From IMG/VR virus record IMGVR_UViG_3300034108_000145, positions 1 to 64,000 of that record: 64,000 nucleotides of DNA; one strand, 5' to 3'. Below, one piece after another: positions 1-9,957 of this stretch (positions are counted from its first letter, which is position 1; each line of letters opens with the position of its first letter). Source of the stretch: a virus. The notes below the pieces were generated by a model, which did no database searches, was not told where the DNA came from, and saw only the letters and a program-made list of their open reading frames with translations. The position numbers and the translations under genes are program-made.

Positions 1-3000
1 TAAATAGCTTTAACAATAGCCACTTGATCTTTAAGAGAAGCAGGATCTGCTGTATTCTTTACAGCATGAAAAGCACTCCAAGCAGATACAATAAGCTCTT
101 GATGTGTCGGGGCTAATTTAGGAACAGTTAGTAAACTAACAATTGACTTACCTGTAGGGGTAGTTATTAAAGCTACAGGTCTACCTTCACGATTGTTATA
201 TATAGAAGGATCTGTAATTACATTCTCAGCTACTACGTCATTACCTAAATGAACCATACCGTTACGTATGATACCAAGCTTTGTAGATGGATGTAACACT
301 TTTGATAATTTATTAAAACTACCGTCTTCGTTAAGTCTAAGTTTACCGTTAGACTTACCATTTACAATAGCTGTTACTCCAAAGTTACTATTAAAATTAT
401 GACCTTCAAAGATTTCCTTCCTCAAATTTTTAACTATTTCTACCTGAGCTGCTAAGTTATTGATTGACTGACCATCAGGAGTTGTGATAAACTCTACAAC
501 GTTTTTAGTTGTACCATCAGGCCATCTTTCTTCCAACCATTTTACAGTGGGATAGTACCCTAATAATACAGGTTGATCATTAATCTCTGCTTCTATACGG
601 ATAGGGAAGTCATCCATAGCAGACTCTTTTATTTTACTACCTTCAAAGAAGTCACTAGCTTTTCTAGTCTTACTATCTTCACGGTTAGGGTCTTTAAAGT
701 CTTCAATTTCAAGATCTACAGTTAAAGATAGGTTAGTACCTACACCAATTGTAGATGTACCTAAAACCATTGGGTAGTTAGGGTTAGCACCAACACGCTT
801 TCTGTCAACGCGTTTGTTTGCAGTACCGTAGTCTGTTATGTAAAGTTCACTTGTATTATTAACTTTAGAACCACCATCTATAACTTTGTCACTACCTCCA
901 TAAAGTACACCTTCTGAATCTTTATTTAAAAGATTTTGTACATTCTTGTTCTGTGTAATAGTATCTGCTTTAGAATCAACAACGTCTTTTATCTCACCAT
1001 TCTCTAATGTATCAGATTCTACAGGAGCAGTCTCACCTTTACGCTTAATGTTTCTACCTTTAAAAGCATCAAGTTTAGATCTCACCTCATCATAAGATAA
1101 GATGTTATTTCCAAGCTGTATAATTTTATCTGTAATAGATGTAACCTCTTCACCGTTAATCTCATCCCCAAGGTTTACAACATAAGGTCCAAGCTTTACA
1201 GATGATAATGCTGTAGTACCTAGTTCACCTTCTGGTAGTTCATCTTCTGTTTCAATGTCTAATGCTTCATTCATCACATCTTGAGGAACTTCATCAGCTT
1301 GATCTTCTGTAACTAATTCAGGCTCAATCTCTTCTTCTACTTGAGGCTTTTCTACTAAAGGTTCTGTAGTACCATATTTTTGATTATAGTATTTAATCAA
1401 ATTATTAGCACCTGCACTATTTAACCAAGTGTTAAAATCTACAGACACTGTACCTTTAGCCTGCATATCAGCATGTCTATCTCTAAGAAATGAGTCTAAA
1501 GAAGGTTTACCAAGCTCAATGTTTTGAGCTGGACCAGCATCCATTCCGTCTATGTCAACATTATCTACTAGATTCTCATCTGGTATAAGAGCATTGTTTT
1601 CTTCAATAGTTTTATTAACAGGCTCTACAACTTGTTCATTGATAAAATCTAAAAAGTTCTTTTTACCAGTTTTAAAGTCAGCATATAGACCCCACTCTCT
1701 ACCTAAAGCAGCTATGGTATTCTCAAGCTGCCCTTTAATCCTCATTCTTTTATTCATTGGATTTACAAAAGCAGCTTCGTTACGAGCTTTCTTTTCATAA
1801 CTGTAATATCCAGCGTCATCTTTTTTAAGTTCTTGAGCACTTGTTTCATTATACTTAAGAAGATCTTTTTGAGTAGATTTTAACTCATCTAAAATGTCTT
1901 CGTGTAAAGCAAGCTGTGCAGGTTTTACTACACCACTTTCTTTTAAGTTTTTAATATACTCTTCTTGAGAATCTATTCTAAACTGAATATCATTAAGTTG
2001 ATCTACTAGACCATCACTCAAAGATGAATTAGTTGAGTCAACAAACTGACTTTTAACATTTTCATAATTACGAAGCTCTTCACTAGCCAGACCTCTTAGG
2101 ACTGCCTGAGTACTTGCAAGCTCAGTAAGTTTTGCTTTACGAGCTTGATCTTCTTTAGTGTTATCAAATATGATATCAGAGTTTATAGCTTTATTCTGAG
2201 CTATAATAGCTGCAGCAATACCTTTATATCTATTGATGTCAGCTTCAAAATTTTCACCTTGTACAAAACCCAGCTTAGCTAAATCTTCTGGTTTAGCATT
2301 TCTTAAGCTATCAAGTTTACCCATAAGGGTATCTTCATTGCCTGCATTAATATGAGCAAGTGTAAACTGTCTAAAAGCATCGTCTCTTAAATAGTTTCTT
2401 AAGAAAGGATTACCATCTTCTACTTCATCAGCAAGATTTAATTTAGCTCCATATGCTTTTACAGAACTTAATATACCTGCTAGCTTATCCTCATCTACTA
2501 AAGGTTTGCTATCTTCATCAAGAATGATTCTTTTCTCTGTTATAGGATTACCATTCTCATCTTGAGTTTCAACTAACTCTTCTTTATAAATATTACCAAA
2601 CTTAAGCCAGTTTGCTTGCGTTTGATTATACATATCTACAGCTTGATCTGTAGTTATCTTATCACGTTTAGCTTGAGCAATACTTCCCCCAGGACCAAAT
2701 GTTGACATACCCCCACCTAAGAGACCACCAAGACCAATGTTCATTGCAGTTTCTTGATCATCACCTTTAAAAGCATCTATAGTTTGCCTACCTAATTGTT
2801 TTCCAAGTTCACCATAATTACGATAATCTAGTACATCAAGTGACATACCGTTAGCTCCATAGAATTCATTAAGTCTTTGTATAGCAAGCTGAGCATTTTC
2901 TTCTACTAAACCTTCACGTAATATACCAGCACCTAAGCCTTTAGCCATAGCACCATAGTTGCTTTCTAAAAACTTACCCCATTTACCAGTAGCTGTCTTA

Positions 3001-4139
3001 GCAGCTAAGTCTTCACCTAAAGCTGCACCGCCTCTTAAACCAGTTGCCATTCCACTCACCTTACCAAACTGTTTGGTAACATAAGGAAGCTCAAATAAGT
3101 TAGTAACACCTAAAAGAGCAGCATTCAGAAAGAATCCGTTATATGCAGAATTTCCAGCTATACGTTTCTTTTCATCTTCTGTATAAGGGTCTCCTGTTAA
3201 AGGATTGATTACAGGTTGGCCAAACTGATTTGTAGTTAAACTTTTATAAACATTATCTTTAATACCACTAGCTTCAAACATAGCTTCAGAAGCTGTAGCT
3301 ATACCCCATGCTGTAAACTTATCTAAACCGCTAGCTATTTTTTGAGCGTTCTGAAAATAATTCACTCCGGCACCAACAGCTTCTACGTTTGCAATAGTAC
3401 TTGGGTTAGCTAAAGGTTTACCAAAAACTTTACTTGTTGCTCCTACTATTCCCTTACCTGCTCCTATTTTATTAAGAGCAATACCAGGAATCCAAGCTGC
3501 TGCCATAAAAGCAGCACCATCTACCACATCATCTGCCCAAAAATCCATATCGGTAAACATTCTACCAAAGAATCCTTTATTTCTATCTGCAGCAGAGTTA
3601 TATGTAGGAAGCCAGTCTGTTTTAACAGTTTCTTCTAAGTCTTTAAAGTAATTACTAAAAGCATTATCTGCAGCATTGGCAATAACGTTTTGATCTCCAT
3701 CTTTATATATAGCAGATATACCCTCGTAAGGAATAGATCCTAAGAAGCCTAAAGATTGACCTAACTTAGTAGTAACTAAAGTTGGAATTCTTAAAGCACC
3801 TTTACCTAGTGTTTTCCAAAATCCATCTGTATCACTATAGAAGTCATCATTATCTATCCCTGGAATATATCCATAAGGTAGATCTTTATATTTACGACTA
3901 AGTTCTTCAGGAATAAAATCAGTTCTAGTAGCAGCTGTTCCATGGAACGGATTAATTCTTTTACTTGTACCTTTAATCCTTTGTTCTGCTTGATACCAAG
4001 CATCACTTGCCCCACTATCTATAGGATCTAGTGTAGGAAGAGACTCAACACCAGGAGCTTCCCCTAATATAGGAGCCCCTGATAAAGGTTTCTGATTAAA
4101 TCTATAATCGTTAGGACCGTATTGGAGTTTACCAGCCAT
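1..4139 (-). CDS. Giant virion cargo/ejection protein, N-terminal part (about 1379 aa in window, runs off left edge)
   Basis: Missing from ORF track because it has no stop in the window. ATG at 4139 gives MAGKLQYGPNDYRFNQKP...; I translated about the first 450 codons and the last codons (...DQVAIVKAI at base 3), which share one frame. Gly/Ala-rich hydrophobic segments and an EGLVEENAQ motif resemble ejection-protein N-termini. Position matches the giant cargo/RNA-polymerase-associated genes of crAss-like phages; no polymerase motif was seen in the parts read. Confidence 0.8.
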   Translation of the reverse strand, partial: MAGKLQYGPNDYRFNQKPLSGAPILGEAPGVESLPTLDPIDSGASDAWYQAEQRIKGTSKRINPFHGTAATRTDFIPEELSRKYKDLPYGYIPGIDNDDFYSDTDGFWKTLGKGALRIPTLVTTKLGQSLGFLGSIPYEGISAIYKDGDQNVIANAADNAFSNYFKDLEETVKTDWLPTYNSAADRNKGFFGRMFTDMDFWADDVVDGAAFMAAAWIPGIALNKIGAGKGIVGATSKVFGKPLANPSTIANVEAVGAGVNYFQNAQKIASGLDKFTAWGIATASEAMFEASGIKDNVYKSLTTNQFGQPVINPLTGDPYTEDEKKRIAGNSAYNGFFLNAALLGVTNLFELPYVTKQFGKVSGMATGLRGGAALGEDLAAKTATGKWGKFLESNYGAMAKGLGAGILREGLVEENAQLAIQRLNEFYGANGMSLDVLDYRNYGELGKQLGRQTIDAFKGDDQETAMNIGLGGLLGGGMSTFGPGGSIAQAKRDKITTDQAVDMYNQTQANWLKFGNIYKEELVETQDENGNPITEKRIILDEDSKPLVDEDKLAGILSSVKAYGAKLNLADEVEDGNPFLRNYLRDDAFRQFTLAHINAGNEDTLMGKLDSLRNAKPEDLAKLGFVQGENFEADINRYKGIAAAIIAQNKAINSDIIFDNTKEDQARKAKLTELASTQAVLRGLASEELRNYENVKSQFVDSTNSSLSDGLVDQLNDIQFRIDSQEEYIKNLKESGVVKPAQLALHEDILDELKSTQKDLLKYNETSAQELKKDDAGYYSYEKKARNEAAFVNPMNKRMRIKGQLENTIAALGREWGLYADFKTGKKNFLDFINEQVVEPVNKTIEENNALIPDENLVDNVDIDGMDAGPAQNIELGKPSLDSFLRDRHADMQAKGTVSVDFNTWLNSAGANNLIKYYNQKYGTTEPLVEKPQVEEEIEPELVTEDQADEVPQDVMNEALDIETEDELPEGELGTTALSSVKLGPYVVNLGDEINGEEVTSITDKIIQLGNNILSYDEVRSKLDAFKGRNIKRKGETAPVESDTLENGEIKDVVDSKADTITQNKNVQNLLNKDSEGVLYGGSDKVIDGGSKVNNTSELYITDYGTANKRVDRKRVGANPNYPMVLGTSTIGVGTNLSLTVDLEIEDFKDPNREDSKTRKASDFFEGSKIKESAMDDFPIRIEAEINDQPVLLGYYPTVKWLEERWPDGTTKNVVEFITTPDGQSINNLAAQVEIVKNLRKEIFEGHNFNSNFGVTAIVNGKSNGKLRLNEDGSFNKLSKVLHPSTKLGIIRNGMVHLGNDVVAENVITDPSIYNNREGRPVALITTPTGKSIVSLLTVPKLAPTHQELIVSAWSAFHAVKNTADPASLKDQVAIVKAI

Positions 4140-4147
4140 ATTGTATA

Positions 4148-6595
4148 TTATCTCTTTTTATGAATCTGTAATTCATTTGGGTGTATAGAATATGACTTAG
4201 CATCTTCAATTAAATCAGACAAACTTCTATATTCTTTACCGCCAATCATACCACCGCCTGTACCATCATATAGATGATACTTTGGTGCACCATCAGATCC
4301 AACTATTTTTTCATACCTAAATTGTGGTAAAGTTCTACCTTGATAAGTACCTTCACCTAAAGGATACCAAAAACCTGATTTATAACCATCACCAGCATAC
4401 TTATCAACACTATACATCATATCTTCCGTTTCCGTAAAGTTTCTAAACATAGGATTTCTAGACCTGTCAGAGTTATCTATATAAAACCCAAATGCATCTT
4501 TACCTACATTTTTTCCTTGAGCTTTCATTAACTTAAGAAAATCATCTTCTGTAGGTTCTACTAGCTTACCATCAATAGTCATTTTAGCTTTAGGACTTTT
4601 ATTAATAGTAAAGTAAGTACGATTCTTTTCTAGAGATTCTCTAATGTCTTGTACTTTAATAGTACCTTCAGTTGTACTTGTAGCTAATAAACTATTAATA
4701 CCACCTATTCTAAGTTTAGCACGTTTGCTTTCATCACCAAATGCAATCCAGTTAATTTCTTCTTGACCAGTCTTTTTAAAATACTCAGTCATAGCATTAC
4801 TATAAGTCTTAGAAGCATCTGCAACACCCTCATATTGATTAGCTAAAGCTTGAATACTTTGAACTTTTTGAATAGCTTGTTTTACAAAAAGATCGTTACT
4901 TTTTGGATTTAACGTATAAGTTCTACCTTGTACATTTAACTGCGTAACTCCACCTGTGTATTTAATATTAACACTTCCATCCATTAAGCCATCAAAAATA
5001 TCTTGTGCTTGAAAGTTTACAAATCTACCATTTTCTACTACAGCTACAGGTCCAAGCTTACCAACTTGTGTTTTAGCATTTTCTAATACTTTCTTTTGAT
5101 TAGCTGTAAGAGTAGAACCAGCTTTATCTCTAGCAGCATTATATATAAGTTGTAATGACTCTTGAGCCATATTGGCTGTATTAATCTCTCTTTTATAATC
5201 TTGTACTGCTTTTAAATTTCCATGTTCTTTTAAAAACTTAGCAACTAAACTAGGATCTTTAATTAAATTTGCTTCAGTTAATAAGTCATCACTATTTTTA
5301 GTACCGTCACCTTTCCAATATGAAAGAATAAACTTGTTAAAATCTGCAGATAACTGTTGTTTTTTAGTTTCTGCTTCTTTATATTTAGCATTAACATCAT
5401 TAATAGATAAGTCAATGTTACCACCTTTTGCTCTACCGCTTTCAAGAACAGGTTCAAATTCTCCTGCTGCTTTTAATCTTTCTAACTCTAAATCAAACTT
5501 TTCTCTTCTTGCTGCTCTAGCATTAGCTTGTTGTTCTTTCCATATACCAAGAGCTACACCATTTTCTGTAATATCTAACTTATATACTTTACGAGCTTGA
5601 GCTTTAGAAAAATCATTTATCTTTTCATTATATAAAATTTCGTAAGCTAGATCATTAATTTTACCAGATAAAAAGCTAGCATCACCAGACTTAATACGAT
5701 CTAAATGATTTGAATATACATTTTTAGAATCTTCAAGTTGTGTTTTATAAGCTTTTAGTTCTTCTTTTTTAGTAGGGTCTCTTTCTACTTTAAGATAGTT
5801 ATTAACTTTTTCTAACTCTCCATCAATCTGTTTAACATTACTAGAAGCTGTACTTGCATAGTTGGCTACTACTGCTTGTGGATTTGATCCATATCTTACA
5901 GCAGCACTAATGCGTAATTGTTGCTTAGCTTTATCAGAAAGTGTTCCTTCTAGGTATCTTCTAACAGCCTCAGGTCTAACAGAAGCATCCTGCTCTTTGT
6001 AAAAGTAGAATCCTTTTATAGTAGTCATACTAATATCATCAGGCTTAAAGTCCTTCATGATATCACGCATTTCTTTATCTACGTCATAGTATGGTGAAAA
6101 ATAAGCTTTGTCTTGGTAGTACTTACCATAGTTCATAGGATCGTCTTTAGCAAAAGCTTGACGTTGCATCCTTACAAAGTTAATATTATCATCATGATAC
6201 TCCTTACCTCCGTCTTTTAAACGAAAACCTTCAGCAATACTTTCTTGCTGATTGTAATGTTTAGTAAGCATCATGTCTCCAAGAACATGAGTGTTCTTCC
6301 AAAAAGGTGCAAACACGCTACCAGCAGCTTCTACATTTTGCTGCTGAGATAAATCCATAGAAGATAAGTTCTTAAGATTGTTCATAGCTTCTTTTAAAAA
6401 GACATCACGCTGCTGAACATTTTTAGGATTGGTTAACTCTCTAGTGAGATCACCATATTTACCGGCCACTTCTGAAAACCCACGCTCATACATCTGCTGG
6501 CGTCTGCTCAGCATTTTGTCCATATATCCAAAGTCCGGTCTATATAAGGCCGGCTCTGGAAAAGCGTCAGTTACGTTTGGTATAAAGGTTGCCAT
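4148..6595 (-). CDS. Virion cargo protein (crAss cargo-2-like position), 815 aa
   Basis: Long helical/coiled-coil ORF between the cargo-1-like and giant cargo genes; preceded by the conserved promoter-like motif. Confidence 0.6.
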   Translation of the reverse strand: MATFIPNVTDAFPEPALYRPDFGYMDKMLSRRQQMYERGFSEVAGKYGDLTRELTNPKNVQQRDVFLKEAMNNLKNLSSMDLSQQQNVEAAGSVFAPFWKNTHVLGDMMLTKHYNQQESIAEGFRLKDGGKEYHDDNINFVRMQRQAFAKDDPMNYGKYYQDKAYFSPYYDVDKEMRDIMKDFKPDDISMTTIKGFYFYKEQDASVRPEAVRRYLEGTLSDKAKQQLRISAAVRYGSNPQAVVANYASTASSNVKQIDGELEKVNNYLKVERDPTKKEELKAYKTQLEDSKNVYSNHLDRIKSGDASFLSGKINDLAYEILYNEKINDFSKAQARKVYKLDITENGVALGIWKEQQANARAARREKFDLELERLKAAGEFEPVLESGRAKGGNIDLSINDVNAKYKEAETKKQQLSADFNKFILSYWKGDGTKNSDDLLTEANLIKDPSLVAKFLKEHGNLKAVQDYKREINTANMAQESLQLIYNAARDKAGSTLTANQKKVLENAKTQVGKLGPVAVVENGRFVNFQAQDIFDGLMDGSVNIKYTGGVTQLNVQGRTYTLNPKSNDLFVKQAIQKVQSIQALANQYEGVADASKTYSNAMTEYFKKTGQEEINWIAFGDESKRAKLRIGGINSLLATSTTEGTIKVQDIRESLEKNRTYFTINKSPKAKMTIDGKLVEPTEDDFLKLMKAQGKNVGKDAFGFYIDNSDRSRNPMFRNFTETEDMMYSVDKYAGDGYKSGFWYPLGEGTYQGRTLPQFRYEKIVGSDGAPKYHLYDGTGGGMIGGKEYRSLSDLIEDAKSYSIHPNELQIHKKR

Positions 6596-6597
6596 AG

Positions 6598-6615
6598 TCT
6601 ACATTAATAATATAC
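6598..6615 (-). promoter_or_regulatory. Conserved phage promoter-like motif GTATATTATTAATGTAGA (copy 1)
   Basis: Intergenic; one of five similar copies, all on the minus strand upstream of genes. Confidence 0.65.
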
Positions 6616-6653
6616 AAAAAAATCTTTAAAGTTTAGAACTAAACTTCAAAAGT

Positions 6654-9600
6654 TTACTCAGTTTGATCTTGTTGTGCTTGTGCAATAGCTTGCATCATCA
6701 TAGCTGGATTGTATGCATTACCTTGTTGTAAAACACTATACATAGGTAATAAAGATTGAGCAGCTGCGTATGGGTTTGCTTGAGCAGAAGATCCGCCTCC
6801 TTGTGTCATGTCATGCCATTGTTTAAATGTCAGATCACTAGCACCTTTATCTTGCATATATTGTGCTACTAAAGCTGGCATATCTTTACTTCTAGCTGCA
6901 GATGCATATCCTGGAAGTCTAGATGTACCATATCCTTTTTTGAAATATGATCTACCAGTTTTAGGATCAATATTGTAAACAGGATTAACAGCGTTTAACA
7001 TACCTAAGTTCATTCTGTTATTCCATGCGTTATTACCAGCTTTAACTAAATTGTTAATATATGCTCTGTTAGCATTATCAAACTGTTGGTTAGCAACAAC
7101 ATAATCTTTCCAATAGTCTTGAGCGTTCATAGCGTTAAGAAGATTGTATTGATCTTTACGTTGTCTTTCTTGACTACCAAACATATTAGCTGTAGCTACG
7201 TTACGAGCATCTACTTGTCCAATATCTTGACCAACACCTTCAGCAGATTGACCAGCTAAGAATGATGCGTTAGAAGCAAATCCTTGAGGTGCTGTATAAT
7301 TAGCAAGTTGTTCTGATGGTGCAGCATACTGATTAGCAAAACGTTGTGCAGCTTTAGCTCTCCAATCTTCAAACACTACATTACCTGGTTCATAAGGTAC
7401 GTTCTTTCTCCAAGGAAGATACTTCTTAGGAGGAATTTGAGCAGCACCCCAGAATGAATTTATATCAGGAGTCATGTAACCAAATGTACCAGTCTCTTTT
7501 GTACATGTAGCAGCAGCTTCAGATTCAGAAGTAAATGTACCTAACTCATCATATACAAGATTAGGTTTACCTTCTTCAGTAAGACCAAGACATCTCCATC
7601 CTTTTTTCTCTTTTGGTTTTTCAGAACAAACAGCATCAGCTTCTGCTTTTGATAAATAAGCTCCAGCTGAAGTTCTAGCTTGTTCATCCATATAACTAGA
7701 TGCTACAACTTGACGACCATTAGGACCTTCTTGACATAAATAACCAATTATTGGAACACCAGCTTCTCTAGGTTTTGCTTTAAAAGCATCATAGTGTTCA
7801 GCTCCAATAAACATATCGTCTTTCATTTCTGGACGATAAGTTGTTAAACCAAATCTTTCTGTAAACTTAGGATAGAACTTCTTTTCAAAAAACGTTTTAT
7901 TAGTATAAAGCTTTTTAGGGTTTGCTAATTGTGCATCAGTTAATCCTGTAGTATCTATACCTAATTCTTTAAAAGCAGCTTTACGAATCTCTAAAGGACT
8001 CATCTTAGCAATTTCTTCTGGACTTAAAACATCTTCAACAATTCTACGCTCGTATAAGTCAGGAGTGTACCCACCAAAGAATCCAGCTACACCTTGTTTA
8101 GTTGAAGGTGTAGAGAAAGTAAATCCAGGAGTAGATCCTTGAATAACTCTATAACCTGGGTCAGTTCCTTCAGGGGCTCTTTTAAATCCAAATTTAGTAG
8201 CCAAACGAGAAAGCTCACCAGCATCAGCAGGTGAAATGTTATTAATATAACTTTGTCCAGGTTTGTTTCTACTATTATATTTCTTTATAAGTTCCATGTA
8301 TTTAGAATACTCAGGATCTGTTATAGGAGCTCTTTGACCTGTAGCAGTATTATATATAGTTTCAGGTTCACCTGGAGTCTTAGAATAATAATAAGTACCG
8401 TCAGGATTCATTACAAGATTAGGTAGAGGTTTTGCAGCAGCTTCTTTTCTACGTTTTGCTTCTTGCTCAGCATTAACCTGGCTAACTATTTGTTGTGTGT
8501 ATGGACTTAAGAATCCAAATGTATTAGAACCACCGCCTTGATATTTAGGTATTCTACCACCATACGCCATCTCTTCTTGACCCATGTCTTCTTGTTCCTC
8601 ACCGCCTTGCATCTCTTCAGGGTTACCTTGCATAACAGGAGCAGCTACATCAGGAATACCTTGAGGGAATCCTTTCATAGATTCTTGTACTACAGAAAGC
8701 ATAGCTAGTTTCTTTTGATAGTTTTTAATCATCAATTGAGCAGTAGCTTTAGACATGTCATCTGCATACGGATCTTCTAATACAGCTTTGTATTTATTAA
8801 TATCATAACGCTTAGCAATCTCAGCTGGAGTGTACCCACCAGACTTAGCATTAAGACCAAAAGATTTTAAAACCTCAGAATCTTTAATCTTCATCTTTTT
8901 TGTATCAGAGAAAATAAAACTTCCTTCTGGTACATTAAGAGGAGTACCACCTTCAGAGTGACGCTTACCGCCAATCTTCATATGCTCTAATCCTCCATCA
9001 CCATCTAAGTCACCATATACTGTTTCACCTTTTTCGGCTTCTATATTAGCTTCCTCACGTGGAACTGCTGACATAGTATTTGAAATACTGTCTGATCTTA
9101 AATCAGCCATAGTATCATATACATTACGTTGACCAAGATCAAGACCGTAGTTAGATTGACCACCGTAAGCCATATTTTGTTTAGGCCCACCAGTAATCCT
9201 TATTTTAATTCTTTGCATATCTGTATTATTTGACATAGTACCACCATCTTCTGCAAACATGGTAGGTCCGTATGTTGCATTAGTATATTCACCTTTACTA
9301 TCAAACCCTAGCTCATTAGGTCTAAATATTCCTTCTTGATCCCAATCTCCACGATACTTAGTAGGATCAAAGTAGAGATTTTCAACTGCGTTCATCTCAC
9401 GAAGATTAGCTAACGTTTCTTTATCTCTCTTTTGACTATCTAAATAATTAAGAATAGGATCAGCCACATTAGCAACTTGTTGAACAGTACTTCCTATTTT
9501 ACCAAGACCAGTTGCAAGTTTATTATTAACTAACTTGTTTACACCTTTCATTCCTAAGTTAATAGTACCACTTATAGCTCTTTGCCAAAGCGGTCCTTTA

Positions 9601-9953
9601 CTAGGGTTAGGATTTACAATAGGAGGGTTTCCTGTAGTAGGAGTACCCTGATTAAATGTTTGGTACTGTATTGTAGGATTCCCAACTCCACCATTATTAG
9701 TCTGTGTACCATTATTGTTAACAGTAGTAACGTTAGGTACAGGAAATGATGGGTTATTACCAGTAGTCAAATTTGGAACATTAGTCCAAGAGAAAAGACT
9801 ATTGTTATAAGCAGTTCCAGGAAACACTTTACTTGTATCATAACCTGTGGCAAACGGATTGCTTCCCATAGGTGTTGGTGCATTCTTAGGTGTAATCTGA
9901 CTATTTTGATATTGAGCTTTAGGTAGTCCCTTACCGGTGATACGTATTTTCAT
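6654..9953 (-). CDS. Virion cargo protein 1-like, 1099 aa, with xxGG motifs
   Basis: Contains EANIEAEKGE...GGKRHSEGG...IFSD, which I recognise from crAss-like cargo proteins and Bacteroidota phage internal proteins; AEDGG, MAYGG x2 and YQGGG motifs; Q/N/A-rich C-terminus. Confidence 0.65.
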   Translation of the reverse strand: MKIRITGKGLPKAQYQNSQITPKNAPTPMGSNPFATGYDTSKVFPGTAYNNSLFSWTNVPNLTTGNNPSFPVPNVTTVNNNGTQTNNGGVGNPTIQYQTFNQGTPTTGNPPIVNPNPSKGPLWQRAISGTINLGMKGVNKLVNNKLATGLGKIGSTVQQVANVADPILNYLDSQKRDKETLANLREMNAVENLYFDPTKYRGDWDQEGIFRPNELGFDSKGEYTNATYGPTMFAEDGGTMSNNTDMQRIKIRITGGPKQNMAYGGQSNYGLDLGQRNVYDTMADLRSDSISNTMSAVPREEANIEAEKGETVYGDLDGDGGLEHMKIGGKRHSEGGTPLNVPEGSFIFSDTKKMKIKDSEVLKSFGLNAKSGGYTPAEIAKRYDINKYKAVLEDPYADDMSKATAQLMIKNYQKKLAMLSVVQESMKGFPQGIPDVAAPVMQGNPEEMQGGEEQEDMGQEEMAYGGRIPKYQGGGSNTFGFLSPYTQQIVSQVNAEQEAKRRKEAAAKPLPNLVMNPDGTYYYSKTPGEPETIYNTATGQRAPITDPEYSKYMELIKKYNSRNKPGQSYINNISPADAGELSRLATKFGFKRAPEGTDPGYRVIQGSTPGFTFSTPSTKQGVAGFFGGYTPDLYERRIVEDVLSPEEIAKMSPLEIRKAAFKELGIDTTGLTDAQLANPKKLYTNKTFFEKKFYPKFTERFGLTTYRPEMKDDMFIGAEHYDAFKAKPREAGVPIIGYLCQEGPNGRQVVASSYMDEQARTSAGAYLSKAEADAVCSEKPKEKKGWRCLGLTEEGKPNLVYDELGTFTSESEAAATCTKETGTFGYMTPDINSFWGAAQIPPKKYLPWRKNVPYEPGNVVFEDWRAKAAQRFANQYAAPSEQLANYTAPQGFASNASFLAGQSAEGVGQDIGQVDARNVATANMFGSQERQRKDQYNLLNAMNAQDYWKDYVVANQQFDNANRAYINNLVKAGNNAWNNRMNLGMLNAVNPVYNIDPKTGRSYFKKGYGTSRLPGYASAARSKDMPALVAQYMQDKGASDLTFKQWHDMTQGGGSSAQANPYAAAQSLLPMYSVLQQGNAYNPAMMMQAIAQAQQDQTE

Positions 9954-9957
9954 ATGA

